A stretch of DNA of 63,326 nucleotides, the filler included, from Chiloscyllium plagiosum (Eukaryota), in assembly GCF_004010195.1 (NCBI RefSeq). It is 4 parts of one record of this genome, joined end to end, with 100 filler letters (N's around TTAATTAATTAA, not from the genome) between each part and the next. Parts side by side here need not be neighbours in the genome. Positions count along the whole stretch, not along the records: positions 45,406 to 59,142 come from NC_057710.1; positions 59,243 to 63,326 come from NC_057710.1; 2 more parts are not named here. One strand, written 5' to 3'. Shown here in pieces: positions 50,100 to 62,279 of the stretch (within the stretch, counting starts at the first letter, position 1; each line of letters starts with the position of its first letter). The translations under genes were made by a program, and so were the position numbers. Below the pieces are notes generated by a model. That model saw nothing but the letters and a program-made list of their open reading frames with translations, did no database searches and was not told the origin of the DNA.

Positions 50100-52054
50100 N
50101 NNNNNNNNNNNNNNNNNNNNNNNNNNNNNNNNNNNNNNNNNNNNNNNNNNNNNNNNNNNNNNNNNNNNNNNNNNNNNNNNNNNNNNNNNNNNNNNNNNNN
50201 NNNNNNNNNNNNNNNNNNNNNNNNNNNNNNNNNNNNNNNNNNNNNNNNNNNNNNNNNNNNNNNNNNNNNNNNNNNNNNNNNNNNNNNNNNNNNNNNNNNN
50301 NNNNNNNNNNNNNNNNNNNNNNNNNNNNNNNNNNNNNNNNNNNNNNNNNNNNNNNNNNNNNNNNNNNNNNNNNNNNNNNNNNNNNNNNNNNNNNNNNNNN
50401 NNNNNNNNNNNNNNNNNNNNNNNNNNNNNNNNNNNNNNNNNNNNNNNNNNNNNNNNNNNNNNNNNNNNNNNNNNNNNNNNNNNNNNNNNNNNNNNNNNNN
50501 NNNNNNNNNNNNNNNNNNNNNNNNNNNNNNNNNNNNNNNNNNNNNNNNNNNNNNNNNNNNNNNNNNNNNNNNNNNNNNNNNNNNNNNNNNNNNNNNNNNT
50601 CCCCCTGTTGTGGGACCTGTTAGCCTGGCACCAGTGAGGTCCTAGATGTCGCTGGGGTCTGGGAGATTCATGGCTGTTCTTCCTTTTGAGCCTCCTGTCA
50701 TACCAGTAGTGACCATTGCACATGGTGGCGCTATTGGTAATGCAGAACTGATGGCCTCCAATTGGTGAGGTGAGCTGACCATGGAGAGGCAGAAAACTAG
50801 ATGCAGAGAACCCTTCTCCTTCATACAAACCCAATACATTAATTTGTGGCTCCTGACTCTCCAGCTGAGAGTAGCAGTCTCTCTTCGGTATGGTTTGGAG
50901 ATGGCGCATCATTGACTGTTGAAAGGAACTCGATACTGGATCCCTCCAGGGATCAGTGGCCAAATACAATGAACCCACTCAGCACAGCTTGACATAATAA
51001 GCAGGGAGGATTCTTTTTATAATTGAGGTTGCTAAATAAACAACTGTCTACAGTAAATAGCAGCAATGATTGCTTCATTCAAGTGCAATTTAGCCTGAAG
51101 AATTTACACTTAGACGCACAGCCTATGTTTCTAGCTTAGCAACACTTACATCAAAGGACACTTGCTGAATGTTGCTCCTTTAGAAAGGAATGAAAACTCA
51201 TATCAAACACTTGAATATCAGATTAGACTCCCTAACAACCGTTCCCATATTAATGCATTGAATTTCTATTGCAAGTGTAATCATTGGCAGGGAGAAGCTG
51301 AAGAAAGGGAGTCAAACATCAGAGATAAGCATGAGAATTCAGACACAACGGGGGGATAAGGGAATGAGTCTAGTCAAAGTGAGGTATCAGGCTCTGATCA
51401 GACTGCAAAATCAACAGGTTGCTAGGTGACGTTCTCGAGATCTTTTCGAAGTTCTTGGCTGAGCTCGTTCTGTCACAGCTACAGTTAACCTTCGAGGTAG
51501 AAAACTGTTGGCTCAATTGCCACCCTCCAGGCCTGACCACCAAATCCATCCTGAGGTTTCATAGAATGGTTCCAGCACAAGAGGGGACCATTCAGCCTCT
51601 CTCTCTCTCTCTGTTGTTTCTATGAAGGAAGAATTCACAAGATGTTACATTCTTCCTTTTCAGACAGCAACACTATTCCTCGACAAATGTCTCAATTGAC
51701 CCTGTCTCCACTCTGGAAGAGTATTCCAGATCCGAACCATACACTGAAGAGGAATGTTTCTCTTGTCTCCATTGCTTCTTTTGCCAATTGCCATCAAGCT
51801 GCACCTCCTATCTTTAATAATGTGACCAAGGGGAGTACCTATTCCCGATCTACTGTGTCCAACACCTTTCGAAATACCTCTATCAAACCTTCTCTCAGCA
51901 TTCATGTCTCTAAAGGCGAACAATCTCAACTTCTCCATTCTATCAATGTATCTGAAGTTCCTAGTACCCAATCATGTGAATCTTTTTTGCAGTCTCTAGT
52001 GCCTTCATAGAGAAATATAGCAAATAGGAGCAGGAGTAGGCCATTCCACTAGAG

Positions 52055-52980
52055 TTCCTCACGGGTCAGTATTGGGACCACAACTATTCACAATATGCAT
52101 TAACGATCTGGATGAAGTTTGCAAATATAGGTACGGGGACAGATCATGCTGAGGACGTGGGGAGGCTGCGGAAGGACTTGGACAGGCTTGGAGAGTGGTC
52201 AAAGAAGTGACAGATTCAATACAACGTGGGAAACTGTGCAATTATGCACTTTGGTGGGAAGAATAGGGGTGTCGGGTATTTTTTTAAATGGGAAAGGTTT
52301 AAGAAATCTGAAGCAGAAAGGGGACTTAGGAATCTGAGTTCAGGATTCTCTTAATGTGCAGGTTTAGTTGGCAATCAGGAAGGCATTCATTTCAAGAGGG
52401 CTGGAATACAGGGGCATAGGCGTACTGCTGAGCCTGTATAAGGTTCTGATCAGACCGCATTTGGAATATTGTTCGCAGCTTTGGGCACTATATCAGAGGA
52501 AGGATGTACTGGCCTTGGTTTACAAGAATGATCAAGACGGAGAAGAGCTTTTCACATAAGGACTCTAAGTGTGTATTCAATGGAGTTGTGGAAGATGAGG
52601 TGAGGATCTGGTTGAAACTTACAGAATACTGAGAGGCCTGGATAGGCTGAACACAGAGCAGATGTTTCAACTAGTTGGAGAGACTTGGACCCAATGTCAT
52701 AGCCTCAGAGTGAAGGGATGACCCTTTAGAACTGAGATGAGGAGGAATTTCTTCAGCCAGAGGGTGGGGAATCTGTGGAACTCATTGCTGCAGAAGGCTG
52801 TGGAGGCCAAGTCTTTGAGTATATTGTAGACAGAGATAGATAGGATCTTGATTAGTAAGGGGATCAAGGGTTACAGGGAGAAGGTAGGAGAATGACGCTG
52901 AGAAACATGTAAATTGAATAGTAGATCATACTGGATGGGCTGAATGGCTCCCATATTTTCTGGTCTATGGTGTTATTTGG
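52055..52980 (+). mobile_element. Degenerate CR1 RT and 3' fragment
   Basis: VPHGSVLGP..INDLD, RPHLEYC, RNFFSQRV. Confidence 0.7.
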
Positions 52981-54447
52981 CCCTTCAAACCTGCTTCACC
53001 ATTCATTATATTCATGGCAGAGCATCCAACACAATGCCTCTTCCTGCTTCTCCCCCTCATCCTTTGATTCCTTTTGCACCAAGTGCTTTATCCAACTTTA
53101 TCCTCTTAATGAGTGGTGTCCAGTGCTGGGTCAGGAGTAGTACTGGATGAATTGTTTTGACACTTAGACAACAATCCTCTATGCTGTACTGATTTTGTGA
53201 TATTTTTTGACATTCAAATGAATGTACAAAATAGGAAAAGCAGTGGGCCATTCATTCATTAAGATCATGGCTAGTCTGATTGGAACCGCAAATCTCCATT
53301 CCTGTTGACCAGACCCTCACTCACCAAAACTGCATCTGTCTTTTTTTTAAATTCGCTCTTGGGATGTGGATATCACTGGCTGGGCCAGCATTTATTGCCC
53401 ATCCCTAATTGCCCTTGAGAAGGTGGTGGTGAGCTGCCTACTTGAACCACTGTAGTCTACGTGAGACTTTGCAGCCATTCATACTTGCTCAGCTATTTCA
53501 GAGGGGAGTTGAGAGTCAACTGCATTGCTGTGTGTCTGGAGTCACATGTAGGCCAGACTAGGTATGGATGGCAGATTTCCTTCCTTGAAAGACATTAGTG
53601 AAGAGTTTTTTTTTAATTGAATTAATTTAATTCCAGATTTTTAAAAAATTGAATTCAAGGTCCACTGTCTGCCAGGGGTGAGAGTTGAACTCAGGTCCCC
53701 AGAATATTAGGAGAAAGTGAGGACTGGAGATGCTTGAGATCAGAGTCAAAACGTGTGGTGCTGGAAAAGCACAGCCATGCCAGGGAGCAGCCGAGGAGCA
53801 GGAGAGTCGATGTTTCGAGCATAAGCTCTTCATCAGGAATTCAGCCATGATCATAATGAATGGTGGTGCTGGCTTGAAGGGCAGAATGGCCTACTCCTGC
53901 ACCTATTGTCTATTGTCATTAACCCCTGGGAGCTGAGGTAAGGTGAGAATGACAGCACTGGATGCTAAGACTGCATTTGACAGATTGTGGCTTCAAGGAA
54001 CTGAGACAAAGCCAAAGTCAAAGAGAAAAAAGTCTGCTGTTTGGAGCTATATCTGACACAAAGGAAAATGGTTGTGGCTGTTAGAGGTCAGTCATCTCAG
54101 CTCCAGGAGTTTCCTCGGGATAGATATTTTTTAAGCGACCTGTTCAGGAATGTTTTCACGTATTTCTGGAGCAGATCGGACTTGAGCCTAAGCCTCCTGG
54201 CCCAGAGGTAAGGATACTACCACAAGAGCCATAAGTCCCTCAGAACAGTGTACAAGACCCAAGCATCTTCAGCTGCTTCACCTATGACCTTCCCTCCACC
54301 ATAAGGTCTGAAATGGGGATGTTTGCTGATGATTGCACATTGTTCAGCACCATTCACACGACAACAGACATCGAGCCAGGCTGTGTACCGAGACCTAGTC
54401 AAAATCCAGAGTTGAACTGGTAAATGACAAGTTGCATACACACAAAT

Positions 54448-54770
54448 GGGTGGCACGGTGGCACAGTGGTTAGCACTGCTGCCTCACAGGGCCAGAGACC
54501 CGGGTTCAATTCCCGCCTCAGGCAACTGACTGTGTGCAGTTTGCACATTCTCCCCGGGTCTGCATGGGTTTTCTCCGGGTGCTCCGGTTTCCTCCCACAG
54601 TCCAAAAATGTGCAGGTCAGGTGAATTGGCCATGCTAAATTGCCTGCAGTGTTAGGTGCAGGGGTAAATGTAGGGGAATGGGTCAGGTTGGGTATGCTTC
54701 GGCGGGTTGGTGTGGACTTGCTGGGCTGAAGGGCCTGTTTCCACACTGTAAGTAATCTTAAAAAAAAAAA
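54448..54770 (+). mobile_element. Full-length HE1-type SINE
   Basis: tRNA-like A and B boxes, HE1 body, and a CR1-like 3' end GGGCCTGTTTCCACACTGTA. Confidence 0.85.
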
Positions 54771-55660
54771 TCGAAGTCACATAATATCCACCTCCAAAAA
54801 GAGACAATTTAACCACCCTGCTCCCTTGACATTCAATGGAATTTCTATCAATGAGTCGCTCAGTATCAACATTGTGGGGTTAACATTGACCAGAAACTGA
54901 AGTGAATCGACTAAAAATTGAACTGCAGTTTCTCTTCTTTGTTGAAACTTCATAACGATTGATACAATTGAGTGATTTGCTTGGCCATTTCAAACTTCAA
55001 TCAACCACATTGCTGTGAGTCTGGAGTCACATGTTGACCACACCAAGTAAGGGTGGCAGTTTCGTTCCTTGGAGAATATTAGTGAGCCAGGTGGGCTTTC
55101 CCCGACAATTGGCAATGGTTTCATGGTCATCAGTAGATTGTTAAAGCCTGACTTTGTTTTTGTTGAATTCAAATTCCACCAGCTGCCATGATGAAGAGCT
55201 TATGCTCAAAACATCGCCACTCCTGCTCCTTGGATGCTGCCTGACCAACTGTGCTTTTCCAGCACCAGACTTTGTGACTCCCCAGAATATTAGCTGAGTT
55301 TCCATATGAATAGTCTCGTGATAATACCACTAGGTGAATGCATATTCAAAGACTCAGCTTCCATGGCCTTCTGACAGAAAAAGTTCCAGAGACTCACAAC
55401 TCCCAAGATATTTCACCTTATCTCTGCCTTAATAGATGATCTCATACTTTTAATGGATTAAAGTCACTATAGTCCCAAAGGTCCATAGGACTGCTCTCTC
55501 ATTAGACTGACAGGTGACTGGTGGTGAGTCCAGAACATTAGCTGAGTTTCCAGATCAATAATCTAGCAATACAAGCACTAGGCCATCACCTCCCTATAGT
55601 CAATCTACTATCCAGGCCAAAACATTACACACGATACCATGAGGTTTTATTTTGCATGAT

Positions 55661-57385
55661 AACATAGAACATAGAACATTACAGCGCAGTACAGGCCCTT
55701 CGGCCCTCGATGTTGCGCCAACCTGTCATACCAATCTGAAGCCCATCTAACCTACACTATTCCATGTACGTCCATATGCCTGTCCAATGATGACTTAAAG
55801 TTGGCGAATCTACTGCCATTGCAGGCAAAGCATTCCATACCCTTACTACTCTCTGAGTAAAGAAACTACCTCTGACATTTGTCCTATAATTATCACCCCT
55901 CAATTTAAAGCTATGCCCCCTCGTGCTCGCCGTCACCATACTTGGAAAAAGGCTCTCCCTGTCCACCCTATCTAACCCTATGATTATCTTGTATGTCTCT
56001 ATTTAGTCACCTCTCAACCTTCTTCTCTCTAACGAAAACAGCCTCAAGTCCCTCAGCCTTTCCTCATAATACCTTGCCTCCATACCAGGCAACATCCTGG
56101 TAAATCTCCTCTGCACCCTTTCCAAAGCTTCCACATCCTTTATGGGTGGCACGGTGGCTCAGTGGTTAGCACTGTTGCCTCACAGTCCCAAAGACCCGGG
56201 TTCGATTCCTGCCTCGGGCAACTCTCTGTGTGGAGTTTGCACCTTCTCCCCGTGTCTGCGTGGGTTTCCTCCGGGTGCTCCGGTTTCCTCCCACAATCCA
56301 AAAATGTGCAGGTCAGGTGAATTGGCCATGCTAAATTGCCCATAGCGTCAGGTGAAGGGTTAAATGTAGGGGAATGGGTCTGGGTGGGTTGCTCTTCGGA
56401 GGGTTGGTGTGTACTTGTTGGGCCGAAGGGCCTGTTTCCACACTGTAATGTAATCGTAATCTAATCCTTCTTATAATGCAGTGACCAGAACTGTACGCAA
56501 TACTCCAAGTGTGGCCGCACCAGAGTTTTGTACAGCTGTAGCATAACCTCATCGTTCCGGAACTCGATCCCTCTATTAATAAAAGCTAAAACACTGTATG
56601 CCTTCTTAACAACCCTGTCAACCTGGGTGGCAACTTTCAAGAATCTGTGTACCTGGACACCGAGATCTCTCTGCTCATCTACACTACCAAGAATCTTACC
56701 ATTAGCCCAGTACTTTGCATTCCAATTACTCCGACCAAAGTGAATCACCTCACATTTATCCGCATTAAACTCCATTTGCCATCTCTCAGCCCAGCTCTGC
56801 AGCTTATCTATGTCTCTCTGTAACCTATAACATCCTTTGTCACTATCCACGACTCCACTGACCTTAGTGTCATCTGCAAATTTACTAACCGACCCTTCTA
56901 TGCCCTCATCCAGGTCATTTATAAAAATGACGAACAGCAGTGGATCCAACACCGACCCTTGCGGTACACCACTGGTAACTGGACTCCAGGATGAACATTT
57001 CCCATCAACCACCACCCTCTGTCATCTTTCAACAAGCCAGTTACTGATCCAAACTGCTATATCTCCCACAATCGCATTCCTCCGCATTTTGTACAATAGC
57101 CTACTGTTGTACTTATCGAACGCCTTGCTGAAAACCATATACACCACATCACCCGGTTTAGTCTCATCTACCTGTTTGGTCACCTTCTCAAAGAACACAA
57201 TAAGGTTTGTGAGGCACGACCTACACTTCACAAAACTGTGCTGATTATCCCTAATCAAATTATTCTTTTCTAGATGATCATAAATCCAATCTCTTATAAC
57301 CTTTTCAAACACTTTACCAACAACTGAAGTAAGGCTCACTGGTCTATAATTACCAGGGTTGTCTCTACTCCCCTTCTTGAACCTT
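55661..57385 (-). mobile_element. CR1 LINE RT and 3' end, containing an HE1 SINE at 56141-56463
   Basis: Minus ORFs [30 protein letters not shown]; (AGAACAT)n tail. The SINE is flanked by ATCCTT. Confidence 0.9.
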
Positions 57386-57766
57386 TAATGCATCACTTTC
57401 TCAAATGCTTTCCAGAAATTGAAGCATATCTGAAATGTCCTAGGAAGCCATTCAAGAGCAACTGGAGATGAACAATAAATGCTGCCCTGGCCAATGACAC
57501 CCATATTCCATGAATGACTTTTTTTTAAAGACCTGTGGCTTCCTGCATTCAGTATACCTACCTTTCTAAATAAAGGAGTTGCAATTGTTGTTTTCCACAG
57601 TCTAATGGAATCTTCCCTGAATCAATGGAATTTTGGAAATTTGCAACCAATGTGTCTCACCAGTCACTAAGAGAAAAGAGCTCTTCTGCAGAACAGAAAC
57701 AGGCCCTTTGGCCCGTCAAGACTGTGCTGACAATGTGAGGCAGCAGCGCTAACCACTGAGCCACCA

Positions 57767-58105
57767 TGAGTAGCTCAGTGGTTAGCACTGTTGCCTCACA
57801 GTGCCAGGGACCCGGGTTCAATTCCTGCCTCGGGCAACTGTCTGTGTGGAGTTTGCACATTCTCCCTGTGTTTGCGTGGGTTTCCTCCGGGTGCTCCGGT
57901 TTCCTCCCACAGTCCAAAAATGTGCAGGTTAGATGAATTGGCCATGCTAAATTACCCGTAGTGTAAGCTGCATTGGTCAGGGTAAATGTAGGGGAGTGGG
58001 TCCAGGTGGGTTGCTCTTCGGAGGGTTGGTGTGGACTTATTGGGCTAAAGGGCCTGTTTCCACACTGTAGGTAATCTAATTTTATTTTAGATTTAGTAAT
58101 CTAAA
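57767..58105 (+). mobile_element. HE1-type SINE preceded by an inverted copy of its head
   Basis: HE1 body; 57734-57764 is the reverse complement of 57770-57800. Confidence 0.8.
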
Positions 58106-58719
58106 AAAATTTACGCTTTTCTAAGCTTAAACCTTTGCCTCTAGGCAGTCCATATCCCTCTCTTCCTAGTGTGTCCATGTATCTGTCAAGATGTGTCTCA
58201 CGCTTCCACCACCTCCTCTGGAAGTGTGCTCCAGACATCGATCATCTTCTGTCTCAAAAACTTGCCTCACACATCTGCTTTAAACTATTCCACCTTTTAC
58301 CTCAAACCTTTGTCGCCTAGTAATTGAGATTCTGGGAAAAAAGACTCTGACTGGCCATTCTATCTGGGAACCTCATAATTTTGTAAACTTCAATCAGATT
58401 GGCTCTCAACATTCAAGTGAAAACAAACCCAGGTTTGTCCAATCTCTCCTCATAGATGATACCCTCCAAACCAAGCAGCATTCTGGTAAACTTTTTCATG
58501 TATCCTCTCCAAAGCCTCTACTTCCCTTTGGTTGTGTGATAATTAGAACTGTTTGCAAGATTTCAAATGTGGCCTCACTAAAGTTCTATACAACTGCTCT
58601 ATGACTTACCAATATTTAGACTCTGTGAAGATCGATGAAGGCAAGCATATGATCTACCCTTTCAACCACCTTCTCCACTTGTGATGCAACTTTCAGGGAA
58701 CAGTGGACCTATATGCCTA

Positions 58720-59061
58720 TGTGGCATTGCTTGTCAAAGATAGTATTACAGCTGTGGAAAGGACGATGGATGAAGTCTCGCCATCTGAGGTAGTTTGGGC
58801 TGAGGTTAGGAATAGGAAAGGTGAGCTCACCCTGTTAGGAGTTTTTTACAGGCCTCCTCATAGTCCTAGAAACGTAGAAGAAAGGATTGCGAGGATGATT
58901 CAAGAGAAGAGTGAAAGTAATAGGGTGGTTGTTATGGGAGACTTTAACTTTCCTGATATTAATTGGGAAAGCTATAGCTCAAGTTCGTTAGATGGGTCAG
59001 TGTTTGTCCAATGTGTGCAGGAGGGTTTCCTGACACAATATGTAGATAGGCCAACAAGAGG
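58720..59061 (+). mobile_element. CR1 endonuclease fragment
   Basis: GVFYRPP..VVMGDFNFPDINW..QYVDRPTRG. Confidence 0.8.
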
Positions 59062-59242
59062 TGAGGAGAAAGTGAGGTCTGCAGATGCTGGAGATCAGAG
59101 CTGGAAATGTGTTGCTGGAAAAGCGCAGCAGGTCAGGCAGCANNNNNNNNNNNNNNNNNNNNNNNNNNNNNNNNNNNNNNNNNNNNTTAATTAATTAANN
59201 NNNNNNNNNNNNNNNNNNNNNNNNNNNNNNNNNNNNNNNNNN

Positions 59243-59449
59243 TGGTGACGGAACGCGGCGGGGGGGCGGGGTTAGGCGTGGTGACGGAACGCGGCGGGGG
59301 GGCGGGGTTAGGCGTGGTGACGGAACGCGGCGGGGGGGCGGGGTTAGGCGTGGTGACGGAACGCGGCGGGGGGGCGGGGTTAGGCGTGGTGACGGAACGC
59401 GGCGGGGGGGCGGGGTTAGGCGTGGTGACGGAACGCGGCGGGGGGGCGG
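59243..59449 (+). repeat. Perfect 36-bp GC-rich minisatellite (at least 5.5 copies) encoding (PAPPPRSVTTPN)n in the Penelope ORF
   Basis: Unit TGGTGACGGAACGCGGCGGGGGGGCGGGGTTAGGCG. Confidence 0.95.
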
Positions 59450-60333
59450 AGACACATGCGGCGATGTGGTCCAAATGTAGGTTGCTGACGTCACTGGGGG
59501 CGGAAGTAGCTGCGGCGGCCACGGAGACAGAGTTTTTCCCCATACTCGCGGAGGTTTCCAATCTGTTGGCGATTGTCTTCATGACGATGGCAGAGCGGGT
59601 TGTCTGTGCGGCGATCCCGGAGGCGGTTGTTTGGGCCGCGATCATGAAGGTTGCGAGGTCGGTGGGGGCGGAAGTGACGTCATCGTCTGCGGCGTCTGCG
59701 GCTATTGCCGCGGGCGCTGTAGCGGCCGTGTGTGTAATGGCGCCGGACTGGAGGCCGATGGAAGGTTCTGGAACAGTTGAGGAATCCGGAGTTTGGGGGT
59801 AAGTGCATGAAAGTTTTTGGTACTTACTGCCTTTAATTTCTGATATGGCTAGAAAGAACTGTTTGTTCAGTCTATGGATTCTTCTGTAAATGAAGAACAG
59901 TAGAGGTCCTTTACAGGTCTGTGAGAGAGTTGTCCTGAGCTGGCGTAGGTCGAGCTGCAGGGAATGTAGGTACAGGCGCATGGCTGCAAGGGTGGAGTGG
60001 AGGATCCGGAGGGAGGTCCGTTGCTGGAGGCTGCGGATTTGTTGCAGGTACTGGTAGTCCTGGTTGGGTCCAAATTGTGTTGGTCGGAAGGTGATCTGGA
60101 GTCCATGGGGGATCAGTCGGTTCCGTAGGCAGGTGCTGAGAAAGGAGATATGGCTGTGGTAACGAGTCTGCTTCAGAATGTGGCTGAAGAGCTTCTGTGC
60201 AGAGGAGATGACCTGGGGTGTGCAGTGAGAGAGGGACTCACTGAAATCTTTATAGAGAGAGGCAGAGAGCTTCTTCAAGGAAGGCATCCTTGTAAGAGGA
60301 TTCGCAGTAGGTTGAAATCTTCGAGGAGAAAGT
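59243..60333 (-). mobile_element. Young Penelope-like (Neptune-type) element: 5' ORF part with no stops; RT and EN probably lost in the gap; pLTR at 59062-59142
   Basis: ORF from 60287 with H(I)SFL..C....LIP.GL, characteristic of PLE N-termini. Its 5' end abuts the pLTR end (GAGGAGAAAGTGA), as also seen at 45246. Confidence 0.75.
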
Positions 60334-60514
60334 GATAGATAGGAGTGAAAGGTTGAAAGGCGGAAAGGAATATAGACATGTAGGACACATTAACCACACA
60401 GGATCAATGTCAATTTCAGCAGTTTTCTCATCTCCCCTCCTCCAAGTCAGTACCGCCCTCTTGAATTGTCCTACCTATCCATCTTCCTTCCCACCTATCT
60501 GCTCCACCCTCTAC

Positions 60515-60960
60515 CTTGAGTCAGACTGGTTCGGTTTCCAAATTGGAATTTATATAATGTCACATGGACTGACTGCCTACAGATTGTGTGCTTTTTGAAC
60601 AAAAGAGAATGCATCTGCAAATACAAATCTACAAATGCAAATTCACCCCATAGATGTGTTGTGTGTATGTGAGAGGGTGTGTGTGTGTGAGACAGTCTGT
60701 GTGAGTGTGATTGTGTGTGTGTGTATATATATATATATACGTGGCCATGTTTATGAGTGTGTGAAAGAGCGTATAGTGTAGTGGGGTCACCTGTACTGTG
60801 ACATGAACCCAAGATCATGGTTGAGGCCGTCTTCACCATTACCAACCTTGGTTATCAGCCTCTGCTCGGTGACTCTGCGATGTGTGCCTTGGAAGACAGT
60901 CACCCGAAGATCCGAGGGGCCGAATGTCCTTGACGACTGAAGAGTTACCCCACTGGGAGG
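60515..60960 (-). mobile_element. Penelope GIY-YIG C-terminus and 3' UTR fragment
   Basis: Minus frame DLRVTVFQG..RRVTEQRLITK..DGLNHDLGFMSQYR*. Confidence 0.7.
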
Positions 60961-61182
60961 GAGTGTCTGGCAGGGTGGAGGAGGAGCGGTGGGCACCTCC
61001 CAGCCACATTGTCCTCGTCGGGAAGGGGCATGGCTGGAGGTTTGTCCGTCGGTTAAAGGTAACCCCGGAGAGGACGACTTCAAGGGGGATTGGGGGGGAC
61101 GCGTTGCTGGAGATTGGACCCCTACCTCTTCAGTTTGAAACATAGATTCGAAGTGGGACCTCACACATAATGGACATTAGGC

Positions 61183-61937
61183 GAAAGTGACTTCTGCAGA
61201 TGCTGAAGGTCAGAGGTCAAGGTTAGCGTGGTGCTGGAAAAGCACAGCAGGTCAGACAGCATCCGAGGAGCAGGAAAATCGATGTTTCGGGCAAAAGCCC
61301 TTCATCTGGAATGAGGCTGGGACCCTTGGGGGTGGAGACATAAATGGGAGGAGGGTGGGGCTGGGGAAAGGTAGTCGAGAGTGCAATAGGCAGATGGAGG
61401 TAGGAGAGACTGGAGACTGGACGCCTACTCGCAGAGCGCTTCAGAGAATATCTCCGGGATACCCGCACCAACCAACCCCACTGCCCTGTGGCCAAACATT
61501 TCAACTCCTCCTCCCACTCTGCCAAGGACATGCAGGTCCTGGGCCTCCTCCATCGCTACCCTCTTACCACCCGATGCCTGGAGGAGGAACGCCTTATCTT
61601 CTGCCTCAAGACCCTTCAACCCCATGCCATCAATGTGGACTTCACCAGTTTCCTCATTTCCTCACCTTCCACCTTACCCCAGTTACAACCTTCCAGCTCA
61701 GCACCGCCCTCATGATCTTCCTTCCCACCTATCCACTCCACCCTCCTCACCTTTACCCCACCACCATCCACCAATCACACTCTCAGCTACTTTCTCTCCA
61801 CCCCCCCCCCCCCCTCCCATTTATCTCTCCACCCCGGAGGCTCCCAGCCTCATTCCTGAGGAAGGGCTCCAGCCCAAAACATCAATTTCACTGCTCTTCT
61901 CTTGCTGTGCTTTTTCCAGCACCACGTTAATCTTGAC
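61183..61937 (+). mobile_element. Truncated Penelope: inverted pLTR, GIY-YIG C-terminus, then pLTR
   Basis: ETGRLLAERFREYL..PVAKHFNS.SHS..EERLIF.L.TLQP..INVDF. pLTR copies in opposite orientation at 61183-61400 and about 61800-61937, both with degenerate hammerhead cores. Confidence 0.8.
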
Positions 61938-62279
61938 ATAAAGTGCATTGTCTAACCTGAGATATGATCTCCTGTACCTTTAATTATCTAGGGATAATGA
62001 AAGGAAACTGGATTTTGCACTTTAATCAGCATTCTACCTCTTAATTGATTAAAGGGTTGAACAAGGCCAGCTGTTTTAAAGTTCACTTTAAAAATTCTGT
62101 TTTGTACCTCCCCATCATAACATGCCTGAGGAAGGAGCGGAGCTCCGTAGAGCTTGCAATTTCAAATAAACCTGGTGTTGATTAGTTTCTTTTTGACCGA
62201 GACCACACCAGTCCTGCTCCAGCACCTCCTTCCCTTGGTGAGGGCTGCCCAGGAGGTGGATCTTCTCAGTCACATGATC

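Noticed and set aside
54448..54525. tRNA genes at the HE1 heads
   Set aside because: The A and B boxes continue into a SINE body and LINE-like tail in multiple diverged copies.
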